Below are positions 61,769 through 64,000 of a stretch of DNA of 64,000 nucleotides, in pieces. The DNA lies in assembly GCA_965207275.1 (NCBI GenBank), contig CBDBMH010000001.1:1056297-1120296 (forward strand), written 5' to 3'. Below the pieces are notes generated by a model. The model had not been told where the DNA came from. It searched no databases and saw nothing but the letters and a program-made list of their open reading frames with translations. This DNA is from Dehalococcoidia bacterium (GTDB lineage Bacteria; Chloroflexota; Dehalococcoidia; Lucifugimonadales; UBA3495). Position 1 is the first letter of the stretch. The number at the start of each line of letters is the position of its first letter. Both the position numbers and the translations under genes were made by a program.

Positions 61769-62491
61769 GTGAAGTTTACGAGAAACAAAATATTTGTACT
61801 GTTGATAGCCGGCGCAGCGGCCCTGGGCATCGGCGGCGGCATTGCCCTGGCGGCCACCTTAACCACCGCCCACGCCCACGGCGGAATCCGCTGGGGCGGC
61901 AGTGGCAGCGGCGACGGCGCCAGCCTGGCCGCCCGCATCGCGGAAAAGCTCAATGATGCCCTGGAGCTGGATGAAGACATTACCGAGGCCCAGGTGCAGG
62001 CGGCCTTCAACGGGGTTACGGCCGACCGGCAGGTGGAGAAACTGGAAGCCAGGATTGACGAACTGGACGACGTTGAGGAGGCGACCAAGACGGAGATACT
62101 GGACTGGTTCGACGACTATCCCTACGCCGACCTGATCCGGTTCCGCACCATCGGCCTGGCCAGTTCCGGCGACGTGAGCAACTTCCTGGAGCGGCTGGTG
62201 GATAAGGAGAGGATCACCCAGGCCCAGTCGGACGGCATCCAGGATTGGTACGACGACCGGCCCGACTTGCCGGAGGGTCTGGAGCGGTCGGGACGAGGAA
62301 AGCACGGCAATGGCGACGGCGATGCCAGCACCTTCTTCCGGGGCCGGCACGGCCGGCACGGCGACGGGCCAGGCACTTTCTTCCGGGGGAGGTTTGGCCG
62401 TGGCCACGGGGGCAGCGGTGACGCCGACACCTACTTCCGCGGATACCATCACCGGGGAGGTTCAGGCCAGGTAGCGGGCAGCTCCCTGTAG
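61769..62491 (+). CDS. Exported hypothetical protein with Gly/His/Arg-rich repeat tail
   Basis: RBS GAGGAGG plus GTG start, signal-like N-terminus, three T[FY]FRG repeats. Confidence 0.7.
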   Translation: MKFTRNKIFVLLIAGAAALGIGGGIALAATLTTAHAHGGIRWGGSGSGDGASLAARIAEKLNDALELDEDITEAQVQAAFNGVTADRQVEKLEARIDELDDVEEATKTEILDWFDDYPYADLIRFRTIGLASSGDVSNFLERLVDKERITQAQSDGIQDWYDDRPDLPEGLERSGRGKHGNGDGDASTFFRGRHGRHGDGPGTFFRGRFGRGHGGSGDADTYFRGYHHRGGSGQVAGSSL

Positions 62492-62622
62492 AGGCCCGCC
62501 GGACAACGCCGGTATCCTGTAGGGCACGTGAATCCGTTCGTGGTGAGCCTGTCGAAACATCCGGGGATCGGCCCTTCGACAGGCTCAGGACGAACGAAGT
62601 CAGGTTCATTTAGGAGGATTGG

Positions 62623-63147
62623 ATGCTCTACGGGCTGACTGCCGGTTCCGTGGCCGCCATAATCGCGGTGCTCGTGTCGCTGCCGCTGCGTTCGCCCAGC
62701 GACACGCTGCTGAACAGCGCCTCGGTGTCCCTGGCCTGTCTTCTGGCGGGCGTGGTGGCCGGGCTGTTGTGGCTGGCAGTGGGTCGAACCCAACGTCAAA
62801 CGGCACATTTCCTGGTGGCGTGGACCGTCCTGTATGTACCGGTGGCCGTCGGATTGGTGGTATTGGGACAGTCGCAGCTGGACCATTTTGTGGCCTTTGC
62901 GGCGCCCCTGGCGGCGATAGCTTACTTGGTAACCGGGGCATTGACCGCGGCCATTCCCCGCAGCTTGCCAGGCTTAAAGTGGTGGCACGGGGGGATTGTC
63001 GTCGTGGCGGCCCTGGTTATCGGAATCGGGCTGGTCACCCAGGCGGACCAGGAAAGCGGGCGGCTGGAACTTCCGCCCCCGGGGTCCTGGCTAACTCCCA
63101 GCGGGCGACCGGCGGAAGGCGGCACCAGCGTTTTCCAACAAATCTAA
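62623..63147 (+). CDS. Hypothetical integral membrane protein
   Basis: RBS AGGAGG and about five hydrophobic helices. Confidence 0.75.
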   Translation: MLYGLTAGSVAAIIAVLVSLPLRSPSDTLLNSASVSLACLLAGVVAGLLWLAVGRTQRQTAHFLVAWTVLYVPVAVGLVVLGQSQLDHFVAFAAPLAAIAYLVTGALTAAIPRSLPGLKWWHGGIVVVAALVIGIGLVTQADQESGRLELPPPGSWLTPSGRPAEGGTSVFQQI

Positions 63148-63167
63148 AGGGAAGAAATAGGCAAGTT

Positions 63168-64000
63168 ATGCAGGCAGTATTCCTGTTCAACAATCACACA
63201 GGTCGAAGACATACGGCAGCCGTACGGATATGGGCTGTGGCTGCGCTCTTGCTCGTTGCGCTGGCCCTGGCCGGCTGCGGAACAAGTTCCGAGCCGGCGC
63301 CGGCGCCGACGGCAGCCCCGGCGGCCCCCACAGTTGCGCCGCAGGCCCAGCAGCCGGCTGCGGCCCCCACCGAGGCGGAGGCGCCGGTCGAGGCGACCCA
63401 ACCGGCCGCTGAGGCAATGCCCCAACCCACGGAGCCGCCGGCCCAGCCGGCGGCTCAACCTGCCGAAGCCCCGGCTCCCACGGCGGCAGATCCCACTACG
63501 GAGATGCCCGAACCCAGTCCCACTCCCACGCTCTTACCGGAACCGACCGCTGCCGTCGAACCCGCGGCGCCGCCGGGTGGCGGATTTACCATTGGAGAGG
63601 GTTCGGAAGCAACCTTTACCGTCAACGAGAAGCTGGCCTGGCTGGACCTGCCCAACGACGCCGTGATGCGCACCGAGGGCATCAACGGGACCATTTACCT
63701 GGACGGGTCGGCCACGGTGATTGAGCTGGATATGCACTCAATGACCAGCGATTCGGACCGGCGGGACGGTTACGTGCGCAACCGGATGTTCCCCAACGAC
63801 CGCACCGCCACCTTCACCGTTTCCGATCTGGGCGACCTTCCCAGCCCGCTGCCAGAAGGGGAGGAGATCGCGCGCCAGGTGCAGGGCGAACTTTCGATCA
63901 AGGGCGTGACCAAGCCCATTACCTTCGAGGTGGTGGCCCGCAAAGACCCGGACAAGCTGTTTGTGCTGGGCCGGACTACTTTCACCTGGGACGACCTGGA
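63168..64000 (+). CDS. YceI-family lipoprotein with Pro/Ala/Glu linker, runs off the window
   Basis: Manual translation: lipobox LAGC, SEATFTVNEKL, SDSDRRD and GELSIKGVTKPITF. Confidence 0.85.
   Translation, partial: MQAVFLFNNHTGRRHTAAVRIWAVAALLLVALALAGCGTSSEPAPAPTAAPAAPTVAPQAQQPAAAPTEAEAPVEATQPAAEAMPQPTEPPAQPAAQPAEAPAPTAADPTTEMPEPSPTPTLLPEPTAAVEPAAPPGGGFTIGEGSEATFTVNEKLAWLDLPNDAVMRTEGINGTIYLDGSATVIELDMHSMTSDSDRRDGYVRNRMFPNDRTATFTVSDLGDLPSPLPEGEEIARQVQGELSIKGVTKPITFEVVARKDPDKLFVLGRTTFTWDDL

Overview
GC-rich bacterial chromosomal segment. The gene content suggests Chloroflexota of the Dehalococcoidia/SAR202 type, which is inference only. Housekeeping and catabolic genes (trpD-C-F-B, serA, asnS, gatC-A, queF-yhhQ, hydrolases, amidase, flavin monooxygenase, NHL and VPS10 propellers, MFS) are interleaved with many one- or two-gene accessory inserts. 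These inserts encode PaREP1/HEPN, Smr, Uma2, NYN, an MmeI-type RM enzyme, DUF6884 plus a GIY-YIG-like protein, dcd, and three retropepsin-like proteases. At least five REP-like palindrome families fill the intergenic space. The main observations not shown by the ORF track are: (1) a UGA-recoded UGSC selenoprotein with a SECIS-like hairpin; (2) a NYN ribonuclease behind a promoter and a two-hairpin RNA leader, a candidate RNA-antitoxin module; (3) an intact cargo-carrying IS1595 element with 23-bp IRs and an 8-bp TSD that splits an NHL gene; (4) a 147-bp gene-end duplication bracketing a protease cassette; (5) two cryptic pseudogenes. No rRNA, tRNA or CRISPR array was recognised. All family assignments come from motif recognition by eye, not from database searches.
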